A stretch of 64,000 bases of DNA from Tubiluchus corallicola (lineage: Eukaryota; Animalia; Priapulida), in assembly GCA_030141605.1 (NCBI GenBank), contig JAQGDQ010000068.1:496001-560000 (forward strand), read 5' to 3'. Positions 43,601 to 53,900 of the stretch are shown here, piece by piece (within the stretch, counting starts at the first letter, position 1; every line of letters begins with the position of its first letter). The notes under the pieces were generated by a model. That model was not told the origin of the DNA, searched no databases, and saw only the letters and a list, made by a program, of their open reading frames with translations. The position numbers were made by a program, and so were the translations under genes.

Positions 43601-45056
43601 GTTAAAAAACATTTCTGAGAAATACTTCTGTGAAACGAGTTTTCTAGGGAAAATATTTTCTGGGAAATAAAATTTCTGGCAATTTTTTTCTGGCAAATGT
43701 TTTCTGTGAAAAAAAAAGTTTTCTATGAAACAGACCTAAACCGTGCCTCGAGATACGCTATGCGGGCACTTCTCTCAGAATAAGTAATATTTATTATAAT
43801 TACCTACATAATATAATAAATATTTACCAAAGTTTCCACATTCATTATATAACCACTAGTAACTACTATAAAAACCAGTTTTTTGTAGTATTTCTGTTCC
43901 ACAAACATATAATCTCTTTTTAAAATGCTTAACGTGGTATCTTCAGCTTATAGGAGTAAGCACTATCCTCTTAGGAAACTAAATGATGGATTTACATCAC
44001 TTAGTACATGCAGGGTCTGTCATTAACAACGGTAACAACCGTACTTTGTTATTATAGCCATGTACTACAGGGAATTTCCTGCAGCTGCACCTATATGTAT
44101 GGATTTGTCTTTAGTGTATTTAGGAACAAACCAATACAGGATTTAATTGCTACACAAACCTTCTACTTACCTTACCTTACTCTACACAAACCTTACTTGG
44201 ATCATAACTGTTTTTAATGCGATGTTAATGAGGTTTAAGTATAGCCGATACAGAAGTGAAGGGAATAGCTGTGTGATTACTGTGTGTCCATTTTCCTTGA
44301 TTACTTAAGTCAAGCAGTGCCATGTCTAGTTGGTAAATGGAGGCTGCAGCTGGGTGGTTTTCATCTGCCATACTGCTTCCATTTATTCTCCATGGTGAAG
44401 GCTGTATGTGCAACCAAACTTGTTCAGTGGTTCCTCTCAGATGATCACTCATCTCGATAATGATAAAAATTTAGACTTCACCACAGCTACAGAACTGTAT
44501 AAAAGGAATTTGTTAAGCTCATACAAAATATGAGTATTAAAGCATGAAGAAGCATATGTTAAGGGTTTGCCAGCATAACAAACACTTAAAAAATATGCAC
44601 TGCATACGATACCTGCATCCACTGCACCCACTTGCATAAGCAATTGATTTTTCACTGGACATTGGGTTGCATTCAAAGGATTTTCAGTTCAGATCCGGAC
44701 TTAATTCCAATTTTTTCACATTTCGGTCTTTTTACTCCTGCGAGTAGTTGAGTAGCTAGGGACCCAGTACAGTGCTTTGCCCGGCGGGCTATAACGCTAT
44801 TAAGACGGCCCTTTATATAAGTTTTCACCAAATTTGCCTTTTTCTATTTGTAGAAGTTGAATGTTATGCCAAGAAGAATCCGAAGCAGATCATGCGAAAT
44901 CTCCATACTCATTTATCTGGCAAGACAAGGCGGTCACCTAGTGCACAAGCCGATACACAACAACCAAACTCTGATGGAACTACCGGCGTTGTATTTTCAA
45001 ATGTGTGTGAGGTAAAAGCAGAGAGTGAAACAGCAAATGGTGGTGATGCTCCATAA
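16257..45056 (+). CDS. ELMOD3: ELMO domain-containing protein 3 (ARL2/ARF-family GAP), 10 coding exons, about 412 aa
   Basis: Exons 16257-16310, 18204-18258, 20945-21202, 33836-33924, 36462-36582, 37394-37516, 38052-38182, 39761-39837, 40773-40900 and 44854-45056 splice in frame (1239 nt). Motifs AQSEWENV, ISFEEAL, HWEQIGFQGNDPVTDLRG, FPFFVMSINIT, ECNRQ and [11 protein letters not shown] match recalled vertebrate ELMOD3. The first two exons rest on splice sites and phase only. Confidence 0.92.
17289..17957. mobile_element. hAT-type MITE with internal tandem duplications
   Basis: TIRs TAGGGATGCACCGA / TCGGTGCACCCCTA; 8-bp TSD CCCTTCTG / CCCTGCTG (7/8); internal duplications of about 90 bp and 59 bp. 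Confidence 0.75.
18204..18258 (+). CDS. ELMOD3: ELMOD3 putative coding exon 2
   Basis: Acceptor tttag; DATPLEGDIENLTVGMNS; donor gtcaga; phases fit both neighbours. Confidence 0.6.
19072..20610. mobile_element. Degenerate DNA transposon with imperfect TIRs
   Basis: Ends TGTTACAGG...CCTAGGCATT and ATGCTAGGCAT...CCTGTAACA are inverted; subterminal (C/T)CTAGG motifs recur. Confidence 0.45.
20945..21202 (+). CDS. ELMOD3: ELMOD3 exon 3 (acidic N-terminal region)
   Basis: Acceptor ttttcag; ends AAAQSEWENVETVTP; donor gtttgt. Confidence 0.82.
22588..22830. repeat. Dispersed repeat copy A (paired with 24154-24400)
   Basis: GCCAAGACATGTA...GCCGTCGTATAAAAACAAATTGCTAAAATC...TCAAGCATTTTAAATGT is shared. 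Confidence 0.7.
22950..23480 (+). mobile_element. Highly decayed LINE RT fragment
   Basis: ILQKYIDCICTSDFRFGFKSPVSTTTC..VIKET, plus GVVLFPVLFTI and xDDLT remnants. Confidence 0.5.
24154..24400. repeat. Dispersed repeat copy B
   Basis: Collinear similarity to 22588-22830. Confidence 0.7.
26930..28268. mobile_element. Putative MITE with a subterminal array of degenerate about 20-bp TTTGGACACA repeats
   Basis: Array at 26935-27165; inverted copy CTGTGTCGAAATGTCTG near 28241-28257; no clear TSD. Confidence 0.4.
29646..29725. repeat. Tandem duplication, about 40 bp x2
   Basis: CTCATTAGGTAATTATACGTACCATAATGATTACC repeated. Confidence 0.85.
33481..33700. repeat. Minisatellite, about 76-bp unit x3
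   Basis: GTTTAAGAATGGTGATT.TTATGGTGATACTACACAAAGCAGATCTGTGTTGTAGTCTATAGTTTTT near-identical three times. Confidence 0.9.
33836..33924 (+). CDS. ELMOD3: ELMOD3 exon 4
   Basis: AATVTKSESFISFEEALSCFRSRDLKEEL between AG and GT. Confidence 0.88.
34195..34335. repeat. Degenerate pentanucleotide microsatellite (CAATA-like)
   Basis: Runs of CAATA/CAATG/CATTA/CAACA. Confidence 0.75.
35691..36117. mobile_element. Tc1/mariner (Tc2/pogo-like) MITE
   Basis: 23-bp TIR CCGTATATACTCGCATATAAGCC / GGCTTATATGCGAGTATATACGG; TA on the right flank; internal GGTCGGCTTATA repeats. Confidence 0.85.
36462..36582 (+). CDS. ELMOD3: ELMOD3 exon 5
   Basis: SQIKPTVHRNLLGRIRHFLFGTRLRPDLHNERNFVFALGI; donor gtaagt. Confidence 0.9.
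37394..37516 (+). CDS. ELMOD3: ELMOD3 exon 6
   Basis: SFDNEQSVHIRILQTVYRQLTGDRVDCPRYGSHWEQIGFQ. Confidence 0.93.
38052..38182 (+). CDS. ELMOD3: ELMOD3 exon 7 (catalytic Arg in TDLRG)
   Basis: GNDPVTDLRGMGMLGLL...IYTLSHHETQ. Confidence 0.93.
39225..39278 (+). other. Degenerate 5S rRNA-derived fragment in ELMOD3 intron 7
   Basis: GCTAAGCAG...GGTGGGTGACTGCTGGGAAAAC resembles the 5S internal control region. Confidence 0.45.
39761..39837 (+). CDS. ELMOD3: ELMOD3 exon 8
   Basis: NFPFFVMSINITRIAVQALREDCLN; donor gtaagt. Confidence 0.92.
40773..40900 (+). CDS. ELMOD3: ELMOD3 exon 9
   Basis: [42 protein letters not shown]. Confidence 0.92.
42174..43743. mobile_element. Mutator-like non-autonomous element with inverted subterminal repeat arrays
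   Basis: TTCCCAGAA array on the left and TTCTG(G/A)GAA array on the right; 9-bp TSD TGCCTTGAG / TGCCTCGAG; GA-rich tract inside. Confidence 0.6.
44854..45056 (+). CDS. ELMOD3: ELMOD3 last coding exon
   Basis: EVECYAKKNPKQIMRNL...GGDAP then TAA. Confidence 0.88.
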
Positions 45057-46734
45057 TGTAGGCAGGCAGTATCACATGTTCATTTATTTTTCTTACTTTA
45101 GTAACAGTGATACATTTGTCACTTATTCAAGTGAGCACTTTGTAAACTGGTGCCACCTGGTTGTGAGAATTGCAGGTAAAACATTCCGTTTGGTTATCTA
45201 GTCGTGTATAGATACTATTGCATCTTTTGATGTCTTGAGCTTTTGTAATATTGCTATTATTGTTATGAGTGCATATCGTGTGTTTTTACCCATTTTATTG
45301 CTATTTACCCTTTTTTACTACTAAATCCAGCTTTTTGTGACATGGAGGCTGAACACATTGTATAAACATTGTATTGAGTGCAATTGGTTTAGTTTTGTAA
45401 AATATTCAATTTGTCCAGTGTTATTTAGTGTCTTAAATGAGATGTGTGTCTTGCACAGATTTTTTGTACAACTACTAGTATGATATATGCATTTGCGATT
45501 CCAAGATCATTTTAGAAGAAATTCAACAATGGCAGCACAGTGCTGAAGATGGTAATTTCTTAGAAAACTTACATTGTTGGGACCAAATTGAAGCCATTTT
45601 CCTGCTTGAACCAATTTTTCTGTGAGGCTGTATATTTTTAATTGGCATCCCTGATTATATCTTCTTGACTTCCTTTATTACTCAAATCTTAGTGCAAGCC
45701 ATGGACAGTCGAAGCCCAAAAGTCGGAAATTACTCACTGTGGAAGCCAATTGTTTTATGTTATGTTATATGAAACCGTGCAGTGTAGATTTTGGTACATG
45801 TGACAATTCACTTGCTTGATTTATGGAAAAGAAATTTCATTTGCAACAAGTAATTTTATGAGTTTTATCAAAATTATTCAAAATGAAGTTGTGTATTCTC
45901 AAATGAAATGTATTACGTATTATAATAGTGTTAGTTACTAGGGGTCAATGAAAGACTGACAGAAGCGCAAAATCAAATGAATACATTTTTATTTCTCATA
46001 CAAATTAGCCTCTACCACACTCTAGTCTAGTTGGGCCATAAGGAAATTGTAAATATTTTACTTTTCGGTAGTTGTAAATTGTGTTCTTCATGTTTTTCTG
46101 TGCAAGTTACTATTGCAAAAATATTTTAATTTTTATGTTGTTTATGCTTTTTTGCAGATATTGTGCTCATTATTTTGATTATCAGTTGTATTCCTATGGA
46201 ATAAGACATTTCTTAAATGATCACAGCCGCTCATATTTGCACTGTTGCTTTTGAATTGAAATATGGGCCCTACTATGAGCCCCTAATGTAAGTATTGACG
46301 GACACAATCAAAGCTCCATGTAATCTAATGATACAGGTTTGCACTATTAGATTTTTTATGTTCAATGTACAAGCTAGAAAACTAATGGTTCGATTGAATT
46401 AGCCAATGCATTGATCAAACTTTCAGTTTATTAATCGTGGTGCAAAAGCATGTATATATTTACATACATGTCTGCGCTAAATCTCGAAATCGATGCCACA
46501 TCCAGTTGAGTTTTTTATATCGTCTTGATCATCGTACCTTGGAGAGTGGCCATGAGCCATTCAGTTTTGAAAAATTTATTTCTGTCTGAGATATGGTTCA
46601 TTTCTCGACCGTTAAGTATTGATTGAAGAGCACAACATTTTTTAAACGATATGGTGTCAGCAGTGAAAGAATATAGCATTCTGATGAGACAACAGATGCT
46701 TTTAATGATAAAGGCAAGCCAGAATGGCCAGAAT

Positions 46735-46825
46735 GACAGAGAGAGAAGGGGAAGAGAGAAATAGAAAGAGGAAGAGAGAGAGAGAGAGACAAAGAGCAAG
46801 AGAAAGAAAAAGAGAGTCAAAGGGA
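46735..46825. repeat. GA-rich microsatellite
   Basis: GAGAGAGAG tract between the ELMOD3 and HAP2 3' ends. Confidence 0.7.
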
Positions 46826-48169
46826 TAGAAAATGCTGCACCTGTGACTGTGACATAGGTCAAGGCGAGCAAAGGGTTTTGCTAGTTATTAATATTTGTTA
46901 ATCTTAAAATGACCTGGATACTATTACTACCACAGAATTAACTCGGACAGTTTTTACAGTTTAAAATCAACAATTGATGTTTACTATTTTAACTGATCCA
47001 TAACATTTAAGTAATAACTACAAAAAGCTGGAACAATATTAGTAAACAGAATACTGGCATTATTGATTCTTTGTTTTTAAAATAATTTTTAGTAATGCAT
47101 GTATTCATTGGTCGGGTATTACTCCATTGTAACTGAATTTCACATAATTATACCGCATATCACCTAGTGTACATACAATCAAACCTCCTTATACTGTCCA
47201 CTTCGCAATTCCAGAAAAAGTTGGCATTGAGCGGGTTGATCATTATAACAATGTGCATTAATACATACATGCCTATGCAAATATACACATTTTATTTTAC
47301 CAAAAATCTGGGCGTTAAGCGAGACTGGTATCATAGCATTATAACAAGGTTTGTCTGTATCGTCATTTGAAGCGAAAACCTGCATGGCGCGCTACATTGT
47401 TAATTTTAATTAAACTTTCCAAGTTAATTCTACAGTTGCAAAATCCGGAAGCATAAAGCATAGAAGCCTAAAAGTCACGTTTAATTTTGATAAATACCTA
47501 TAACTAATGACTTTACGACTGAAAATGTGTGGAAATTTGAAAATGTTGAACTAGAAAGGTATTGTGTATTTTGTAACAATAAGTTGTTGTAATTCCACAT
47601 TTTCAAAATATTGTGCAAAAATACCTTTTAAAGCATTACTTGTTAAATGAAAGTCAATTAACGTTAAAGATTGATCCACTTTATGTTATTCCATAAATTT
47701 TATTTTGCTGTCTGGTTTATTTTCTCTGAATTACATGAGCGCAGTCCCACAGAAAGATGATTTTATTTTTTCATAATTTTTTACTTGCATATCCGGTATC
47801 ATCTACTTACTCCAAGGTAAAATTTGTCATAATGCTTCTTTCTTGAAGTTTTGTATCTACATTCTTTCCAAAGTAGTGAAATGCTACAACATTAGTATTT
47901 TGTGACACAAAAAATTGTCAAAGTTAGTAATTATTTAGTACTGTTCTTTTTTGTTGTAATCTATAGATGTTATACCTGTATGTGCAATAATTATCTTTTT
48001 GGAAATACTTTATCACTTAAATTACACTTAATAAATTGTTGGTATACAGTATATGCATTTTTGGGCTATTAATGTTTATATAAAACAATATAGTCATCTT
48101 TATTAGGAATCTACAAACATTATTCTTATGTACAAGTATCAAATACGTACAAGCATAATTCTGTAATGG

Positions 48170-50913
48170 TCATTTTTCTTTTTTAGGTGTCAGTTCATTG
48201 AGATTCTTTTTTTGTTTCTCATACTCAATTAGTGCATTTTGGTGATCCACTGATCTAGGTTTAAATAATCTGAATTGTCGTGGATTACGATGTTGTTTGA
48301 TCTCTGTGGGACTTATGTTCCGCAGTTTAAGTTTGCCAGGTTTATCATCCAGCACTCCGGCCTCAGATCTAGCTTTAACTAACTGACCTGTGCAGCAAAG
48401 TTCACTTTCCTCATGCTGATGCTGTTGTTTTTGCTTGAATTTTGGCTTAAATAATCTGGTTTTACTAGCCTTTTTGCGTGGCTGTTCCTCAGATTTTGTC
48501 TCTCGTAGTTTTGGTCTTTTATGTTCATATTCTGGTTCTTCCATGTTGTCTTGCATTTGTACCTCATTAGACCCATTGCCCTCTGTCGAGGCTTCACGCA
48601 AGTGTGGCATCTCTCCTGCCAAATGTGACATTCCTTTTACAGCTGTCTCGTCACTCATTTCTATAACAGTTATAATAGATTCATTGTCACTTGTGATGTC
48701 AGAAAACTGGTCTTCCTGATAATCTCCACTACCTCCGGTTTTGGCCTGATCCTTCTGTGCCTTTTCCATTTCATCTAATTGAGGCACAGATATTTTACAG
48801 GTATCTAAACTGCTGCTTGCACGGGCTTCCAGTATCTTTAATGCAGACGTTTTTTCAAGTTCATTAGCTGAAACTGATTTCTGAGATGGGTTATTCTTAC
48901 CATATGTACAGCGAGCATCTGTTTTTTGGAAACTTGGTAGCAGAGGTACTTTAAAAGGTCTGGTTTCTTGGCCTTGCAGGTTGCCACACTGTCCGACAAT
49001 TTGTCGTTTGGTGGTACTTTCACCAGATGCTGCGACTTTTGTTAAAACCTCTTTGTTATTGAGGAATTCGCTGTCCTCTCTTAAACAAAGATGGCCAATC
49101 TCTTGTGATTGTTGTTTACTGCCTATTATAGGTGGTATGAACAAATAGGCAGCATTTGCCACCTGCAGTGGTTGTTGCCAACTATCTAAGATTTCTCCAC
49201 AAGTATACGGTTCTAATGATGTGTTGCCTAGATTATCGGTATCATTTTCGTAACTTGCAGATTTTGTTAGTGAAGTTTGGGAATTATTATTGGTATTTTG
49301 AGTTGAAAATTTTACCGGTACCTGTCTTTGATCTTGGCTCTCGGTTTGATTGAGTTGTTTTCTTGGAGTTATAGCGAGGTGATTAGAATTGCTATTCTGA
49401 TTTGGTGACTGCTGTTTCTGACGTCTCACTTGTCTCTTAATTTCTTTACTTAGCTCACTTGTTTGGCCAGCCTGGGCTAGCTTCTTTAACATTTTACTCT
49501 GACTATATCTTCTATTCAGTGCAGCAAGCGCAGGGCCTGGAGCAGACGCTCCATGTTGCTTGTGACCAAATTGTTGTTCTTTGCTTGTACTATTTGAAGG
49601 CATGCCAGCATTTGAAGCGGCGCTTGATTTTGCAGTAGCTACTGCTGACCTTTCATTGATACAGTCATCACTGGTCGAATAGGACAAGACTGAAGAAGCC
49701 AGGCTTTCACTTTTGTATGGGTTTTGTTGGATGTTATCATAGACATCACTGCTGCAAGTTCCTACATTACATTTCTGAAACTTATCCACATTTTCTCGGA
49801 CAAACTCTTGTACACCACCAACCATACACGCCTTTTCTGAATTCAAGAGTACATCCATTTCGGTACCTTCAGACTGACAACTTTCTCTTTTTCCATATTT
49901 ATCTTTGCAAATTGTCACTAGCCTGGCAGCTCCACTGTAAGGTATGCAGAACACAGAGAATAAATTAAAAAAGAACAATTTCATGCGTGATATGTCTTCG
50001 GCATTCTGTATCTCCTGAAATCTCCACCTGAGTTTTCTATGTGTACCAGAAAACTTGATCCCGAAATAGGCAATCGGTTCACTGAACAATCCCAGGACAG
50101 CCTTTAGCAAGCCAAGTATGAACAAGACCAATAACATTGTTGTTACTACTTTGTATTTGGATGACTTTTTGAACTTTATTTGATCTAACTCTGTGTGTGA
50201 TCCAGTGAATCCAGCCATCTTGGATTCATTTTCATCCATTGGATCACAGCGCATGTCAGATTCTGAACGGCCTGGTGGGAAACATGCACACCTGCATCGT
50301 TCCACACAGGCACATCTGCGATTCTTCTGAAATAGAACAAGCCGTCGAGCGATGACCACTGCGTGACTGAGCACATCTACCCAGCAGTACGTTTCATTGA
50401 TATCTATTTTCAAGCCGCGATAGAAGATCTGAAATGCTCCATTACCATATGCTGGGATTATCATATTTTCTGTGCTCTTGTCACCCCTGCCATCTTGACA
50501 TTGACTGATTTTTAAAGATGCATCTATATAATCACTAGATCTGTTATTAGTGATAAGCACCTTTACGTCTGCATCAGCTCCTGAGCTTAGCGTGTAAACA
50601 GTAGTGATCTGTGCGGTTTTACCTCGACGGACAACAGTAAAGTCGCCATTATGCATGCTGATCTGAAAGTCCACCCAATGGGGAGCACTGTAATAGACTG
50701 TCAATGCTAAACGACCAGCTTCATCTTGAACTGCAATTGGTTTCTTTATAGGCTCTGCATAAGTGCCTAGTATAAACTCCTTTGAGGTATTTTGGCCAGA
50801 GGCTACGAAGTGGTATGGCTGATTGTGCAAGCAGCTTTGTGGTGGCTGCACACAAGGGTTTTCTTGACGGTTAAAGGCTGATTGAGAAATCCCAATCTTG
50901 TTGCACTTTAGAC
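48170..50913 (-). CDS. HAP2: HAP2 exon 6 (HAP2-GCS1 motif, domain III, stem, TM, cytoplasmic tail)
   Basis: Acceptor tttttag; GLKCNKIGISQSAFNRQENPCVQPPQSCLHNQP; TM VVTTMLLVLFILGLLKAVLGLF at about 50149-50084; open to the stop at 48170. Confidence 0.92.
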
Positions 50914-53900
50914 CTAAAAATATTGCGTGACACGTTAGAGTCACATTAAAAAGTTTATGAAGACATTTACCAAACAGTAAAAAGGCCACATTACATAAAT
51001 AATAAATAAAAAAACAATATCGCATTAGACAATATTGACTTTTTGGATAACTCGCATGTGATGCAAACTCGCAAGTGCGACCGGCTTTGCGGGTTACTAT
51101 CAGCAAGAAGTTGCAATCTCTCTGACCAGGCTTGACTTGACAAGAAAACTCGCTAGTCTGAAAGCGCTGTTGCTTGTAAACTTGATTTGTTTCGTTCTCG
51201 TTGTTGTCTATGCAATACGTTTTAGCTAGTTTTTGTACAGGGTGGTTCAGAGGTTATACACTGCATTTTTTAGCGAACAAACCAAAATGTTTAAAAATTA
51301 GTAAAGATGAACTAAAACTTTGGGCCATTCTTTTAATGAAATTAGTCAAAAATCTGAAAAGAACGACTGCACTAGTAGGCTTTGTTATTTTCGCTATCAT
51401 GTTCACGGACTTAAACAGTTTCAGAGACCAATCCAAGTGGTAAGTCAGGCAGCTTTCATTGAGAAAGCCTCACAGCTCAAGAGTGACGAGGAAGAGCTGC
51501 TTCTTGTTAGAAAGTTAATAGTGAGGTTATAATGTGGTCCAAAAGGTGCTCTGAATTTCCGTTGAACTTCAGTTGGTGATCGAAGGGCCTCGAGCCAGGC
51601 TAATTTTGCACCTCATTTTAAACATTACTGTCGTTCTCACAGCAACTTGTTTCCAGGCAAAAATGAATAAAAAGAACTCAAAATCAAAGTGTATAGTGAC
51701 CGTTTGAGACACCTTATATTGCGATGTCACAATAGGGTAACTTTCAATTCAAAATTTTTACCATAAAATGGATCCATTACAACATTAAATCCCGTTCTAA
51801 ATAACATGTTCACGAAACAGAGTCATGACAACAAAAATTGGCATTCTAAACGTCTAAACGACTTATCCAGGCAGTCGGACAGAGAAAACTCACAAGCGAG
51901 TAACCCACTACTACTTTGCATTCCAAACTAGATGTATTGTACATTTTACTATTTATGTAATTGTTAATAGCGCTGGTCGGTATATAGTTCTTAGGGGGTA
52001 GCATTCTAAGATTATATCTTATAAAAAGGTAGGATGTTATTGCAAGCAGTTCAGTCGATGAATAAAAACATTCCATAATTAAAAAACAAGGAAAGCAACA
52101 GTGTTTCAAACTACAATTGTAGTTCTTCAAGTGCACAAAAAAGATAAAAAGACAGGAAAAGATCACAAAAATTACAGGAACTACCGATAGTCTAGGCCCA
52201 TTTTCAGAAAAATGAAACCCTAGAGGCGTTTCTTTCGAAAAGTTGGCAAAATAGCTAGTCTTATCAACTTGACTAATACTAATCCAAAAAGAAAACGCTG
52301 TTGCCAACTGAAAAGATTAGCGGAAAGGGATTAAAAACGAACAAGTAAAATGTCCACCATGTTTTTGCATGTAATTAAGAGAAAATTTCAGAAAATTATC
52401 GTTAAGAAGCCAAAATGACATATATTCTAGGGTAGTTGGACCTGAGGAACCCATTTCTCTCATTTTCATTTCAAAAATGTCCACCGTTTTCGAATTGGCT
52501 GCCACCCGATAACGAAATATTGCTGATCATGCAGTTACATTAACCGTTTCGTCATAAGATTTATTATACAAACTAAAAACAACTGGATCTTCTTGAATCT
52601 AGAAAACTGCTACTAGCTACAAAATAATGCAAAGTGATTCAAATAAGTAGAAAACCAAATTCCCGACGGGATCTCGACATAATTGTCTAGCAGAATAGTG
52701 AAAAACCTGGTCTTTTCGCTTAAGTTATAAAACATTGCACAACGTTAAGACCAATTTTCATAATGGCTGACATAATCGATGCCTATAATTGCTAGTTTTG
52801 AAAGCCATATTCTAATTGTTGGCGCAGTTAATATGACAGCTTTGGTGTCAAAATATGGGACAGGTTTTTAATTTCAAGGAAAATTTCTGATGCCCAAAAA
52901 CACCTATGACATCACCTCAGTTAGGATTTCAAGATGGCTGCCAAATACTTGTAGCCGCTTCTGTAATATATTAGCTATATTGCACGACCTAAGGTAAATA
53001 TGTATATGTAGCATCTATATGTAGGCTTTAAAGATTAATGATTTAGGATAGTACCAATATGACCAACATTTTCATAAAGGCTGAAAAGGTAGCTGTTTCT
53101 AACTTTTAAAAACCATATCTTATGCCATATGAAATTGTGAATGCCATTGATCTTGAAAAAAACAGTTATGTAAACAATCCATGGCAATACTTTTTGCGAC
53201 CAGACTTCAGTTTTTATAGAAAGAGAAAAAAGATGGTTTGGCCCGCATAACAGAGGTATTTGTATCTTTAAGAAACACTACCAGAGAGAACTATTGACTG
53301 AACTCATGGCTGTGCTACAACGTTTTGCTGTACTTCTATATCACAAAGCTGGTACATTGACATAAAGGCTTGTTCACAGAAAGGAAAGGTTTTTTTTTTG
53401 GTGAAAATTCCTCCAACATATTCCACACTGTAGGGGCTCACCAGAGAAATGATATATCGGGCAGGTACTGTTGGCCAGGCATTGCCCTAGCACCAGGTTT
53501 GGATTCCTTGAAAAACTACATTTACATACCAAAATCATCATCTTTTCTGCTCTGACAACTGTGATGTCGCTTTATCTGATGCTATTGATAGAAATCTCGT
53601 TGGCGATCTTCATTGGACCTTAATCTATAGCTTTTACTTTTAAAGCCCTATATCTAGATACTAACATTATCATCCAGTCTGCCTTAGAATATACAATATA
53701 GCCAATGTATTATACTAGATACCGCAGCCACCTTGAAATTGGCCTAGATCCCAAAATAATAATCTCTTGTAGAACGGCAAAAATAGTTCCTCACTTCGTC
53801 TAAATGTTACAATACTTTGCACAAAGCTAAAACCCATCAAAGTGATTAATTTTGGATATGAGGCCGCACGAAAATCACCCAATATTGCCGCCATTTCAAA

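Noticed and set aside
50914-51106. N-terminal 65 aa of the 978-aa ORF taken as the HAP2 start
   Set aside because: This is intron read-through with a non-ATG start; a clean phase-1 acceptor at 50914 joins VDLSG to LKCNKIG
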